Shown here piece after piece: positions 38,345-51,836 of a stretch of 64,000 nucleotides of DNA (within the stretch, counting starts at the first letter, position 1; each line of letters starts with the position of its first letter). Under the pieces are notes generated by a model that did no database searches, was not told the origin of the DNA, and saw only the letters and a program-made list of their open reading frames with translations. The DNA is from Eledone cirrhosa (taxonomy: Eukaryota): positions 35,960,001 to 36,024,000 of the forward strand of contig OZ024746.1 in assembly GCA_964016885.1 (NCBI GenBank), written 5' to 3'. The position numbers were made by a program, and so were the translations under genes.

Positions 38345-38432
<88 letters not shown>

Positions 38433-38685
38433 ATGTTGGAGGTGAGTTTTATTGTAGCACAATAAAGCAATGCAAATATCGGATAAGTAGCATTCAACAG
38501 ACTGCAGTATAAATAATATAAAATCAAAAGATGGTAAAAAGAGTCCCATGTATTTTATTAGGCGCATGTATTTTATATATTGAAGGGTTTAATAATATGT
38601 GCGAAAGGGAATTTATTAAAATGCATTTTTAAAATAAAATAATATATATTTATTAAAATGTATTATTAAAATAAAAGAGTTCCAT

Positions 38686-38757
38686 GTATTTTATTATGCG
38701 CATTTCAAAAACAAATATCATCATCGGATGATATTTGCGTTCTCATCAGATAAAATA
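38686..38757 (-). ncRNA. Type I hammerhead (inverted copy of 43606-43676)
   Basis: Reverse complement of the motif at 43606. Confidence 0.78.
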
Positions 38758-39647
38758 GGGAGACATGATATGAAGCTTAAAAACACTTGCGAGCTGTGAA
38801 GTGTTAAATCAACATATGAAAAATAAAATAAGATTGATATATCAGATTGGAAAAAAAGGAGAGGAAGGGCGGAAAGTAAGGAAGAGGAAGAAAGAATATA
38901 ATAACAAAAAAATATATAATAATAAGGAGAGGATGAGGGAGGAAGAATATAAGAAGAAAGGATGAGAGAGGAGGAGAAAATGAGTGAGTGAGTGAGAGAT
39001 ATAACCTTTAATACTGAAAAACACTGTCTCAATGAGAAAAATTTAAAAACAAAAACGTTGTAAGATAATACATAATTAAAAAAAGAATTAAGAAATTGAA
39101 AGTTAATGAGGTTTATGAATGGTGATGCTTATGATTAAAGAAAACGGAATTAAGAATACTATTTATTTAAGGTTTATATATTGAAGGGTTTAATAATATG
39201 TGCGAAAGGGAATTTATTAAAATGTATTATTAAAATAAAATATATTAAGAAGATAAGGTGAATGAAGATAAGGTTAAATGAATTATGAACTTAGAGGAAT
39301 TAATTAGGGACCAAGTTTGTTTCTATATATTGTAATAGGAACACGTAAATAATAGGTATAATACGAGCACGGAAGGAAAGAAGAAAGAGGAAATTCAAGG
39401 GAGAAAAAATGTATAACGTCAAAAAAATATATGTTTACAAAATTTCACTAATGGTAATATTAGTATATATTAAAAATAAAAAATTGTATGTCCCCGAATA
39501 GAAGGTAAATGCTAGAGTGAGTTATAATATGAATTAAGAAGTAAGTGAGAAGTAAAAGTGGCAGATTAAAGATTAGAAATTAAAAAAGAAGAAAAAGAAG
39601 AAAAATAGGGGACCGCTAACGACATAGTATGAGTAATATTGTATAAT

Positions 39648-39835
39648 TATTTCTACTTTAGGCACAAGGCCAACAATTATCCAGTATATTACTGGTACTT
39701 TATTTTATCGACCCCGTAAGGATGAAAGGCAAAGTTAACCTCGGCGGGATTTGAACTCAGAATGGCAAGGGCCGTAACTCTATGCGTCAAAGCAAGGCGT
39801 CCGACCCTCTACCAATACTGCCAATCCACCGCCCT
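39648..39835 (-). mobile_element. tRNA-derived SINE with 14-bp target-site duplication
   Basis: TAATATTGTATAAT at 39634-39647 and 39836-39849. A box and B box (GAGTTCAAATCC) on the minus strand. Absent from the paralogous pseudo-LTR near 42720. Confidence 0.92.
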
Positions 39836-39979
39836 TAATATTGTATAATATACTGAAATAAGGTAGAAAGGTGGGTATATTTGTAAACAATATAAACGCG
39901 TTTGAGAAAAGAAGATTTTAAACTAATTAGGTAGTAAGATATTAGCTGTATACTTTATGGAATGTTCTATGGGATTTAT

Positions 39980-42370
39980 TCTATAACATTGATTATTACA
40001 ACATCACAATTTCACTTAAAGACATTCCTATTCCTGGTAAATCTGAATTCACTAAACTTCTGATTGAAAAAACTGACTATTTCGTGAGAAGGCTTAGATG
40101 GATCGCTTTTTTCCACGCCCTGCGCTTAAAGGGAAATTGTTATACTAAGGAGCGTAACAATATTGATCATTTATTTAACTCTAGAAGAAATCCTCCTTTC
40201 AATAAAAATCTAGCACAGTTTGAGGAAGAATTAACAAATAGTATAAGAGGATTAAAATCCAAGAGAAACCCTTATAGAGGACAGGAGCACCTTATAAATC
40301 TCTGGAATACGATTTCGGACCTTAATTCTTCTATAAAAGTATTAGTCCATTCCGACAAAACTAATAATTTATATGGTGTATCTAAAGATAAATATAATAA
40401 CCTTATCCTTAAGGAACTAAGGAAGCATTATCTTAAAACTAACCATGAGAATTTGGAATCTAAACTTGGGAGCTTCTGAGATTATGTCTAAACTTGGCAT
40501 CGAGAAAAAGACCGAATCATTCTTCCCAAGAACTCCGAGAATAAATCTTAAGGATCACAAAAGTAACTTTCGAACGGTACGGCCTGTTAGACTAATCGCC
40601 CCCTCTAAATCCGATCTGGGGTTGTTAGTAAATCCATCTTGGATAGAATTATCCCACAGGTTCGTTCTAATTGCTCTATTTCTAACTTAAATTTATGGAT
40701 TGGTACACCTGATGTACTTGACTGGTTCAATGACCTGAATAATAAAAACAAACAATAATTTATTCAGTTTGACATTCTTCTATTTCCCCTTCACTCCTCA
40801 ACAAAGCTATCTCTTTTGCATTTAAATATTCTGACATCACCACATATGAACTATACATCATTCTCACCGCAAGAAAAACAATCCTGGAATTCAACAACGA
40901 ATATTGGACTAGAGTTGATACTTACAACAATTTTGATATCACAATGGGTTCGTCGGATTCAGCGCAATTGACGGACTTGATTGGAATCTTTATTTTGAAT
41001 TCTTTAAATCGGAAAATTCCTCAACTTCGTGGTGGAATTTATCGTGTCGATGCCCTTTTAACCGTCTTAAACTGTAACTTAGTTAACCTTAATATTATTA
41101 AGAATAATATATTTGTTCTATTTAAGCACCATAACCTAAACATGGAATTTGAAAACAACGTCAAACTAGCTAACTTCCTGGATATATCCCTTAATCTTGT
41201 CACCGACCTCTATTACCCTTATCATAAAGAAAATGAGAATCTAAATTATGTTAATTTTAAATCTAACCACCCTATTAATGTTAAAAATGCTATAGTCAGT
41301 TTTGTTGAAAAAAGAATCTCAAATCTATCAACTAATAAAGTTATCTTTGACGCTAAAGCCAATTATTACAATAATGCGCTTTCCAGAGCCGGTTATCCTG
41401 ACAAAATTAAAAACAGTAAAGAAACCAATCATCGAGGGACTTATATTAATATAGTTAGTTATAAGCATTCCAATAACATAAAGAAAAGACCTAGATATAA
41501 AAGTATGATTTGGTACAGCGCTCCTTTTTCTCTATCTATTATTAGTAATATTGCTAAACTATTTTTTATGGCCTTAGATAAATCCTTCCCTCCTTCGCAT
41601 ATTTATAGTAAGATCTTTAATAAACATACAATTAAATAATCTTATTCCACAACTTCCAACATCTCTAACATTATCTCTAAACATAATAATAATAAAATAT
41701 TAAGTAATAAATGATATCCATCCAACACTGAGCGTCATAATAATAGCAATAGTAAACCCGACGTCAATGTTAACTCTAGGCTACCTTCCGTAAATTTAAG
41801 TACGACGTCAAACGTAACATTGTCGAATGTTCATAATACCAATCTAAATCAGGAAACTTTAGCACCTATAGTAAATAACTTCTCCAATCAAATCCATCTA
41901 TAAATAATATTGGGTCACTTGCTAATAACTCAGGTAATTCCTTTAATCGTAATTGCAATTGCCCTGTTAGAACTAAATGTCCTCTTAGTAAACAATGTCT
42001 TGATAAAAAGTTAGTGTATGAATGTGAGGTTATAACTGATACTAATTCTTTTACGTACTTTGGTTCCACTTCCACTTCCTTTAAAGCAAGATTTTATGTT
42101 CACAATTTTCTTTTAAATACCAACTTAATAGAACTAACACGGCACCCTCAGAACTCATATGGTCCTTAAAGGACAAAAATATTAACTACAACATTTCTTG
42201 GAGGAAGGTTTGCAACGCCTCTCCTTACCTTAATTCTACCCTATCCAGAACATGCAATCTCTGCCTCGCGGAGACATTTACCATTATCTCTAATTTTAAT
42301 TCTATAATAACTAGACGTACGGATTTATTTTCGCTCTGCTTGCATAAATCCCATAGACCTTTCCATAAAG
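39980..42370 (+). pseudogene. Penelope-like RT + GIY-YIG (YRDD type), decayed
   Basis: SLKDIPIP, RRLRW.AFF, HSDKT, LKDHK, MGSSDSAQ, GGIYRVD, NFLDISL, SNHP, CNC...CPL..QCL, YFG.TS..FK.R. Confidence 0.88.
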
Positions 42371-43605
42371 TATACAGATAATATCTTACTACCTAATTAG
42401 TTTAAAATCTTCTTTTCTCAAACGCTTTTATATTTTTTACAAATATACCCATCTTTCTACCTTATTTCAGTATAGTATACAATATTACTCATACAATGTC
42501 GTTAGCGGTCCCCTTAATTAACCATTATCTCTAATTTTAATTCTATAATAAATAGACGTACGGATTTATTTTCGCTCTGCTTGCATAAATCCCAAAACAT
42601 GTTCCATAAAGTATACAGCTAATATCTTACTACCTAATTAGTTTAAACTCTTCTTTTCTCAAACGCTTTTATATTTGTTACAAATATACCCATCTTTCTA
42701 CCTTATTTCAGTATATTATACAAACTTACTCATACTATGTCGTTAGCGGTCCCCTATTTTTCTTCTTTTTTTTCTTTTTTTATTTCTAATCTTTAATCTG
42801 CCACTTTTACTTCTCAATTACTTCTTAATTCATATTATAACTCACTGTAGCATTTGCCTTATATTCTGGGCCATACACATTTTTATTTTTAATATATACT
42901 AATATTACCATTAGTGAAATTTTGTAAACATATATTTTTTTGACGACGTTATACATTTTTTCTCCCTTGAATTTCCTCTTTCTTCTTTCCTTCCGTGCTC
43001 GTATTATACCTATTATTTACGTTTTCCTATTACAATATATAGAAACAAACTTGGTCCCTAATTAATTCCTCTAAGTTCATAATTCATTTAACCTTATCTT
43101 CGTTCACCTTATCTTCTTAATATATTTTATTTTAATAATACATTTTAATAAATTCCCTTTCGCACATATTATTAAACCTTTCAATATATAAACCTTAACT
43201 AAATAGTATTCTTAATTCCGTTTTCTTTAATCATAAGCATCACCATTCATAAACCTCATTAACTTTCAATTTCTTAATTCTTTTTTTAATTATGTATTAT
43301 CTTACAACGTTTTTGTTTTTAAATTTCTCAGTGAGACAGTGTTTTTCAGTATTAAAGGTTATCTCTCTCACTCACTCACTCATTTTCTCCTCCTCTCTCA
43401 TCCTTTCTTCTTATATTCTTCCTCCCTCATCCTCTCCTTATTATTATATATTTTTTTGTTATTATATTCTTTCTTCCTCTTCCTTACCTTCCGCCCTTCC
43501 TCTCCTTTTTTTCCAATCTGATATATCAATCTTATTTTATTTTTAATATGTTGATTTAACACTTCACAGCTCGCAAGTGTTTTTTAGCTTCATATCATGT
43601 CTCCC

Positions 43606-43676
43606 TATTTTATCTGATGAGAACGCAAATGTCATCCGATGATGATATTTGTTTTTGAAATGCGCATAATAAAATA
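43606..43676 (+). ncRNA. Minimal type I hammerhead
   Basis: TATTTTAT CTGATGA (long stem II) GAAA T GCGC A TA^ATAAAATA; palindromic ATGCGCAT. Confidence 0.8.
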
Positions 43677-43785
43677 CATGGAACTCTTTTAACCATCTTT
43701 TGATTTTATATTATATATATATATAAATGTGTGTGTGTGTGTGAGTGTGTATGTATGTATGTATATATGTATATATCTGAGGGTG

Positions 43786-43907
43786 TGTGGTAAGATACCA
43801 AGTGGACCATAACCTACCAGAGGACACGATACTTGGTGTAGTAGAGAGGGTAAAATGAAAATATTTATGACCCCGACGCCTGAGCTCCGGCCGTTTAGAC
43901 AGCTAGA
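43786..43907 (+). repeat. Dispersed repeat starting TGTGGTAAG; inverted diverged copy at 63661-63778
   Basis: Both share TGTGGTAAG..ACCA..TGGACCATAAC...GACCCCGACG.CTGAGCTC..GCCGTTT.GAC.GCTA. Confidence 0.75.
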
Positions 43908-45289
43908 TCCGAACGTTCGGTTTCCGCTGTCAGCTTCCTTTCGCTGATTTCTTTGCAGATATTTCCCTTCTAGTTCTCTTGTACCATTTGTCTATTTCCT
44001 GATATTTGTATTTCATGGAGCTTTTTCCTCCAATTTGGCAATATTCTTTAGAGACCTGCCTTTTATGGCTACCGTTTCATTATCCAAGACTAAATCCATT
44101 GTCGAAATATACCCAGTTAGTTGTTTACAGCTCTTAATTTCGTGGTTGTCATTGTTTATTGTTATTGCCGCTGTTGACGTTAGTTGCAGTTGACCTCATA
44201 TTTGGAGCTGCTGTTGACGTCGTCGAAGTTTATTTACTGCAGCTACTTTCGACTGAATCATGTTGTACTTCAAGTTATATTGGTACTTTTCATCTTATTA
44301 CATCAGTCTGTGTTGCTTCCGGTTACGGTAAGTGGACGTTAATAGCATATTCTTAACATTTGATCTCGAGACTGAATTTGTCTTTTTAAATATTAATAGG
44401 TTTGTGCAAGGTAGGAAGCTGATATTGATTGATTCAGCTACTCTCTTCTCAAAATTCAAATAAGTGAGTTGTCAAAAATATCTGCAAAATTGCAAGTGAC
44501 TGATTCGAGAAAGAATAAAAAGGTAGAGGTGCTCTCTGTCTATTGCCTGCCCAAATAGGGAATACACTGGTAAATATGTAGGCTGACCTTAGTGGGTATA
44601 TTGTGTAAAAACTCTGCTTATTATAGATTTAGGACGTAATACAGAATATTTTTTGTTTATGAAATATCGTTCTCCTGGTAGATTGGCTAGACTGTAGTGA
44701 CCTACATTCCGCGGGCTCACATACATTCTCTGTGCGTGAGTTGGCTCAGCTCAGCCAATCAACGCCAGTAGAAGAGGATGTATCCCTACGCGTTCTGAGG
44801 GAGAAATAGCCCGCACAGATTTGAGGACGCTATCACTTCCAGCTAGACCGTGCGAATGTAAACACCACTTGTTCTTTTGCTCCGCCAGCACAAACAATAT
44901 GTAACGACACAACAATTTTACTACGGAATTGGCTAAACGCCTCAGCCAGTCGACCGTATTTTCTCTTGTAATCTTAATTGATTTGTTTTATTTCTCTTAG
45001 CATGCCAGCTCAACCTATGTTAATAAATAATGTTAAACGAAGCTAAAGTCGTTGTCGATATTCCTATCATATCTCTTAACCAAACCTGGTTCCTCGTGGC
45101 AACATTACAACTCTCGAAATATACTTCTCTGCTAAATTGGTACTTATATACCTCAACCAAATTGGTGACTTATATTCAACAAAGAGAAACATTCTTTTCC
45201 TTTAAGTCTTATAGTGTGTTAATTAAAAGCGACTCTCAGCACTACTTTTGTTAATATTGATTCTTCTTCTTATAATTATTCTTCCTGTC

Positions 45290-45590
45290 AATGTCGTCCG
45301 AGCAGATTCCTCAAAAGCTCCATGCAGTGGTTCCTGTCAGAAGCAACCGTTTCTAACCGATCCGGCTGGATCCTCAAGTGTGTCCAGCCTAGCATATGCA
45401 TGATATATCACATCATCTTGCTCGGTGTCTAATCCTGGGTCTCCTCCCGGTTTATTTTACCCCACAAAATCCTTCCGGCGTTTCTTTCCTGAGACCTTCT
45501 AACGAGATACCTATAGTATCGGAGCTGCGGTATTTCAATTAGGAGAAGTAGCGTCTCTAACTAGAGTGACTCTCCGAGCTACGTACTTGA
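45290..45590 (-). mobile_element. Decayed RTE-type LINE 3' fragment
   Basis: Minus-strand remnants ETLLLLIE.PQLRY and GRRPR. Confidence 0.5.
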
Positions 45591-46059
45591 TCGCGTAGCG
45601 TTATTCCAAGCACCCTTAATATTGAAGATATCTAAATTTGTATCAAATGTCGTAGTATTTATTCCCCATGTTGATGATGGTCGTGTAAATTCAGATAGTG
45701 ATGCATGACAGTACATGATAGACTGTGATGCTGGTATTTCTGCTTTTGTTAGGGTTTATCTTTTGGAATTACCTGGAGGCTGTTCATTATTAACAGTTGC
45801 ATTTCCACACACAATATCTCTCACCACTCTTTCGATCTATCCATATGCAATCACACATACTCACAATCACCAAACAAACTCACACACATACATACGTACA
45901 CACATACACACACATACACACATACAGACACATACACACATGCACACCTATATATATATATGTATCATATATTATATATTGGTATATTGCAAAGACCATA
46001 TTTTATAAATACAAAAATTAAAATTATTTAAAACGAACACATGCAAGAACAATACACTA

Positions 46060-47429
46060 TTGAATGATACTATTTATATGTCACAATATGATTTTGTAGA
46101 CAAAAAGGTAGATGCAACCAAATCAGTCCTTTTCCTGACCAAATACAGAAGCAAAAAACTCCAAATGAACCCTGACAAAATAGGAATTTAATTCATCGGA
46201 GAAATTAATATATGATACTTAAATTGATGATTTATGTCGTATTTTCCAAATAAAGAGTAAATGAAGCACTAATCAATTTCTCTAATCATTTATCTACTTT
46301 ATAATTTGTAGGAAATCCGGTTATAAAACGTAACTACTTAATACTGGGGATATTATTATGCATAACGTGTGGTGTTGTGCCAAATGAAGAAAAAAGTATT
46401 ATGCATAACGTGTATTCTGTAAACCAAATTCAATTTTTAGAATATTGGTAAAATATAGGACATTAATAAATGTGTTACAAATACATTTAACAGATATTGA
46501 GCTGGATTGCATAATAAACTTCGAATAAAAAAAATGATTTTACAACTTAGCATAAACCATTGCATATAAACAAATACGCGAAGCATAACATATATCTAAT
46601 ACTTAATGCATTAACTTACATACAGCAAAAGAACCGAATGAATACATTCTGCAACACAAGGGATATTGAAATTGAAAATCATACTTATAGGAAACTAACC
46701 ATTTTGTACAAACATAAACAATCAAACAATCCTATGAAAATTTCAAAATGAGCAATGCGAAAAAATAAACATAAAATGAACAACTTTGCAAATTTTTAAT
46801 CGACGAGTAAAAATATGAGTACAAGCTAAGTGCGGGATTATTGAATTGCTGGAAGGAAGAGTATCCAGATACAAAGAAGCACACATTTAATGCATTTAAA
46901 AAAAAGAAACGTTTCCCTGTGTGTGTGGTTAAGTTAACATTAGTATAAATGGGAATGATTTGAAGAAGCTGAGGACAGTCCATCGACAGTAAATCCTATA
47001 TACATATAATAAAAATATTCAATAGAATGAATATATTGAAAGGTGCACAGCAAGGAACAATTGCAACTTCAGAAAATTTATCAAATTACAGATGACATTA
47101 TGAAAATTAATATTGATAAGCAAAGAGATATAGCAAATTAACAAATAGAATCAACATTTAAATATTTAGATATATTACATATTCTGCTATGTGTGCATTA
47201 TTCATATGCTTTCAGGTCTTTAAAGGACTAAAACCACAATCTGTATCTGAACATATCAATGGATTAACAATCTAAAATCTATTACAACATTGTTTTCCTG
47301 TCCTTTTTAAATTCAAGTTCTTACTGCCGGATGAGGTCATATCTGCTGCATAATGGCTATCACTGAAATATGTATAGCAGGGAATATGAGTAAACGAAGC
47401 TAATGTTACCCTGTTGACATACTCTTATT

Positions 47430-47430
<1 letters not shown>
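46060..47430 (+). mobile_element. Highly decayed Penelope-like element ending in a degenerate HHR (47323-47381)
   Basis: Faint RT and GIY-YIG remnants (WINNLKS). CTGC CGGATGA GGT.ATA...TAT.ACT GAAA T ATGT A TA GCAG. Confidence 0.55.
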
Positions 47431-47467
<37 letters not shown>

Positions 47468-47957
47468 GGATTAATTCCAATTACTATATGTTCACCAGAG
47501 TGAGTGCTCGATGCGTAGCTTCCAAAAAAGAGGAACATAAAATAAAGTATGATGCTTAAGGTAAAACTAAAAACCACATTATAATGAACTAAACAGCCAA
47601 AACACAAAGAAACACTCTTTCATTTATATTTCATTATTACAGCTCCACTTCAAATTAAAAATGCTGTAGCAAAAGAGAAAATATACTATAACATTTGCTT
47701 AAAGTTTCGGCTCAATAGATATCATACACACAGACACACACACGATGTCAACGCGAGGTATGCTGAGCGTCCAGGACGGCGATGCCGAAGCAAGCTATAG
47801 CCACAGCAAGAGGTTCTCAAGGCGTGTTGTGCTGGAAACCCAGTGATGCCGAAGCAAGTTCCAGCCACAGCTAGATGTTTCCACGGTGAGCTGCGCAGAA
47901 CACAGCAATGCAGAAATAATCTCCAGTCATATCTAGAGCTGTATATATATATATAGT

Positions 47958-48019
<62 letters not shown>

Positions 48020-49095
48020 GGGTAATATGCAGGTGACCCACACGCGTCACCTGGCTGCAACGGAAGATGCTGCTGCGTGCGGATTAATAATGGTGTCACC
48101 CCGCGCACAGTGGGTTACAATGGTGCTAATGACAGATGTGGGAGCGTAGGTAACAACGTAGATAGCAATAATAATATCCTTACCGTAGGAGCTAGAAAGG
48201 ACCCCGACCGAATATGCAACTGCCGAGACAGGGGACGCTGCCCCCTTAGGGGAAACTGCTTGACTGATAAGGTTATATATAGATGCACCGTAACTAACCA
48301 TAATAGCGTTAAACATTATATAGGGGCTACCTCTGGCCCGTTCAAAATTAAATTCGCAAATAAGAAATTAAGACACTCCACTTCGCTCGCGAACTACATC
48401 ACAGCATTAAAAGACTTAGAAATCAGCTTCTCCACGCACTGGGAAATTGTCGGCAGGGCTGCACCGTACAACTTCAAGAGGAAGTGCAAGCTTTGCCTCA
48501 TGGAGCTCTAGCACAACATAACGGAACCCCACGAGCTCATCAACAGCACATCTGAAACCACGATCAGCTGTACACACCGCTTAAAAATATCCTACTTCAG
48601 ATGGAATAAGAACGAAGAGTGAACCGTAAACCGGGTCTCCCTGCACCAAGCTTTAACATCCCGGCGGGAACTAACCCTGCATCCCAGACCCAGCATGAAT
48701 TGACCCAGGCGGGCAGGCGCAGCAAACAAACGTCACGAAACAAACGTTGCATACCTGACCCTGTGTGTATCGGCAATGGTAAGGTAGTAACCTCATGCTT
48801 GTATCGGATAATAAATTTGTCCGGGAAAGACTGCCCTAACACCGACCAGAGTTATATGCCTTGACCTACTGCAAAATCAAAATATGTTTTTTTTACGAAG
48901 AACTCTGACGTGAACTTATCTCTAAAAACCCATTCCGGGTCATGTAAGGAACGGTTTTTAGTTGTTATGCCCTTGAGTAGCCCATTCGGGCGAAACGTAT
49001 GTGTGTGCAATTTTAAATAAACATGTTTTAACGGTCTGATCTCTTGTATTTTACTTCTCCACGTGCTTACGCTCTTCTAATTCCCTCGCCCACTA
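48020..49095 (+). mobile_element. 5'-truncated PLE: GIY-YIG (48077..48511) plus 3' region
   Basis: CNCRDRGRCPLRGNCLTDKVIYRC...HYIGAT...CKLCLME. Weak HHR variant at 48972-49000. Confidence 0.82.
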
Positions 49096-49249
49096 GATAT
49101 TAACACTTCTAATATGTAACACTGCCAGCACTAGTATTGAGCACCTTCTGCATACGCTATTTGGCAAATAACTACATGTATCACCTATCCCCCATTTTCT
49201 CTCTCTCGATACGTACATATTATATATATATATATATATACAGATTAGT

Positions 49250-50785
49250 GATGGCTTACTTGGAAGTCCAGATATAAGAACAGTCCAAATCAAAATACGG
49301 AATGAACTTCCACAACTATTTAACAGAGAATTGGAAAGGCTACTTGGATGATTGTTTCATTCTTTGGTCTCACACACTCGACCAACTAAAATATTTCAAA
49401 AATGTAATTAACGGCATTAATAACCACATCTAATCCACAATGGAATACAGCCAATATCAAATCCGATTTCTGGACATCTTAATCATAAAAGAGACACAAA
49501 TATTGAAACTGACATACACTACAAACCAACAGATCCAAACATTACCTGCTATTCACCCCCAATCATCCAAAGCACACGAAGACGAACATCCCTTTTAACC
49601 TAGCAAAAAATAAGTTACGCAATTGTCTCATTGAAGGCAGCATGTATACATTTCAATCAGGAGAAAATTCTGCTGTAAAAAATCACTTCACTTGTTCATC
49701 AATAAATTTCTTTTATAGCATTAAATGTAAAGGATGCAATGAAGATTTATTATATAGGACAAATTAAACTGTTAACATCTAGACATATGCGCAAGTAATA
49801 AGACACTCAAATTCCAAGTCTTCCCATTTTATATTTGCGCTGACAATACAACATAACAAATGCGAATAAATAAGGAAAATATGTTTATTCAAAAATATAA
49901 AATAGCATTAAATATAATTTAATATACATTATGTCAACACCATATCATGCTAACCATCCAAACAGAACAGTAATACACACACACATATAACACCTTATAT
50001 TTTCGAAAATAAAAACCAGAGCTAAATAAACCTTAACATACGTTAATACTGTAACACCCTAACATGCTAACCCCTAACACACACACATAACTCCCTCCCC
50101 CATTCCTACTAACGGAATCATTTTCCTACGAACACACACAAACTATATATATATTTTCTCTCCATCTTAACATGCTAACCATACGCCCACACACACACAC
50201 ATATAACACCCATACACGCACACAACTCCCTCCGCATTTCTACTAATAGAATCATCTTCCTACACACACACATACACACAGACACACACCAGCACACAAA
50301 TAAACATACATATCTCTACTTTCTTCATTTCAATAGAATGTCTGAATTTTGACACCCCAGCACACCAACCATACTCACTGAAGCAGAAGAATTCTCCCCA
50401 TCCCGTTTTTCTTGACCATTATATTTTGTTTGGCACACAATTCTCTAAATGGCTACAAAAGAAATATATTATACTTATTCACATGACAGTCATCAAGAAA
50501 CCAAATTACTTCACTAAAAACCTAGCATTTCGAGCCACTTTTTTCCATATAAAACAGAAGTAACATTCAAATACCAACCAGATGTGAGAAAAACCACAAA
50601 CCCTCCATCTCAATTCTACTTTTGAAAAGCACAAGAACTGCGAAACCGGTAAAGGAGCCAAATAAATATATATATTTTTAAAAAGACTCCAGTTGCATTT
50701 TCCATTTCATCTTTTTTCATTATACTTTCACTCGTGTAGGACACCTCGTTTTTTTTCATTTTGTAAAAAAACTTCACTTTCTAAT
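49250..50785 (+). mobile_element. Decayed Penelope-like element (YLDD type) with a variant HHR at 50616-50657
   Basis: WKGYLDDCFILW, TMEYS...RFLDI, ETDIHYKPTD, HPKHTKTNIPFNLA. CTACTT TTGAAAA GCA..TGC GAAA CCGG TA AAGGAG. Confidence 0.75.
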
Positions 50786-51644
50786 ATATATATATATATA
50801 TGTGTGTAGTGTGTGTAAAGATGTTGAATAGTTTAATTATGTACATATACGTGTACTTAATAGAATCATTTGATTAATAACAAATAACAAACATAGAAGT
50901 AGAATAAACAGTTAATTTGTAGAAATTATAATATTAATTAGATTCATACTTAAGCTCGAGTTAATGGTAAGTTGAATGATTAAACTAACAATGAATATCT
51001 ACACATTGTACGAAAACACACCACAAAGGAATGACATAAAATAAATTAACACTTTTAAAAAATGCCGTATATCACGCATCATTTTTTTTTTATTACATAT
51101 GTGTTTGTCCGTATATCTACATACATTAATGTATATATACATACACAGAGGTGGAATGATCTCTCTTCCCGTCTTTATTCCATTACAACAATTGCTATGC
51201 CTTATACCTGGCCATGATTATCTGAATATAGATGAGGGAAGTGAATAATCTTCTAGCGAAAAATAAATTTGGTATGTACAATTATGTAATGACTCTCACA
51301 GTAGGTATTGCAAAAAGTTTTCTCCCGAACAAGAAGAAAATGGAAAATGGATATTAAACATAATTATGAAATAAATGAATTTCATAGGAAGGGAGAAGAA
51401 AGAACATTTGCCGCATTTATGGTATTTTTATGGCGTCCAACGATGTGATTATAAAGGTATACAATATAAAATGCATGGAATATGGAAAATATAATTATAT
51501 ATTTGTAACTTGGTGACACATAAACACGCACAGAGACACACACAAAACGCTACACATACACACACTTTCATATACATATGTATAATTATATATATATATC
51601 AAGTAAGTATGTTTTGAAACAGTGAGCAGGTTTGAAATTAGAAA

Positions 51645-51836
51645 ATAGAATAGCTTTCACAGTATTTTTGACTAAAGGAATTTTAGCCTGATAATGGGGT
51701 TTAGAACCCTCAGATAAATGGAAAAAGATGAGTATGACGTACATGGGAGTCAATACTCATCTTTTTCCATTTATCTGAGGGTTCTAAACCCCATTATCAG
51801 GCTAAAATTGCTTTAGTCAAAAATACGGTGAAAGCT

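Larger units (their letters stand above)
37141..38349 (+). mobile_element. Tandem array (about 2.3 units of 516-518 bp) of a non-coding HHR-containing unit; non-LTR retrozyme-like
   Basis: Units start TATGGAC at 37141, 37659 and 38175. One full HHR per complete unit. No meaningful ORF. Confidence 0.85.
38430..43711 (+). mobile_element. Penelope-like element with long inverted pseudo-LTRs (about 38676-39978 inverted versus about 42580-43690)
   Basis: About 1.1 kb of reverse-complement identity, an HHR in both copies, and a decayed RT/GIY-YIG in between. Confidence 0.9.

Noticed and set aside
37141-38349. CRISPR-like array or plain satellite
   Set aside because: There is no short repeat/unique spacer structure; the long units each carry an HHR.
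48960-49010. HHR variant TTGAGTA GCCC ATTC GGGC GAAAC
   Set aside because: Good stem II and the expected position, but the core is altered and there is no stem I; not counted as a ribozyme.
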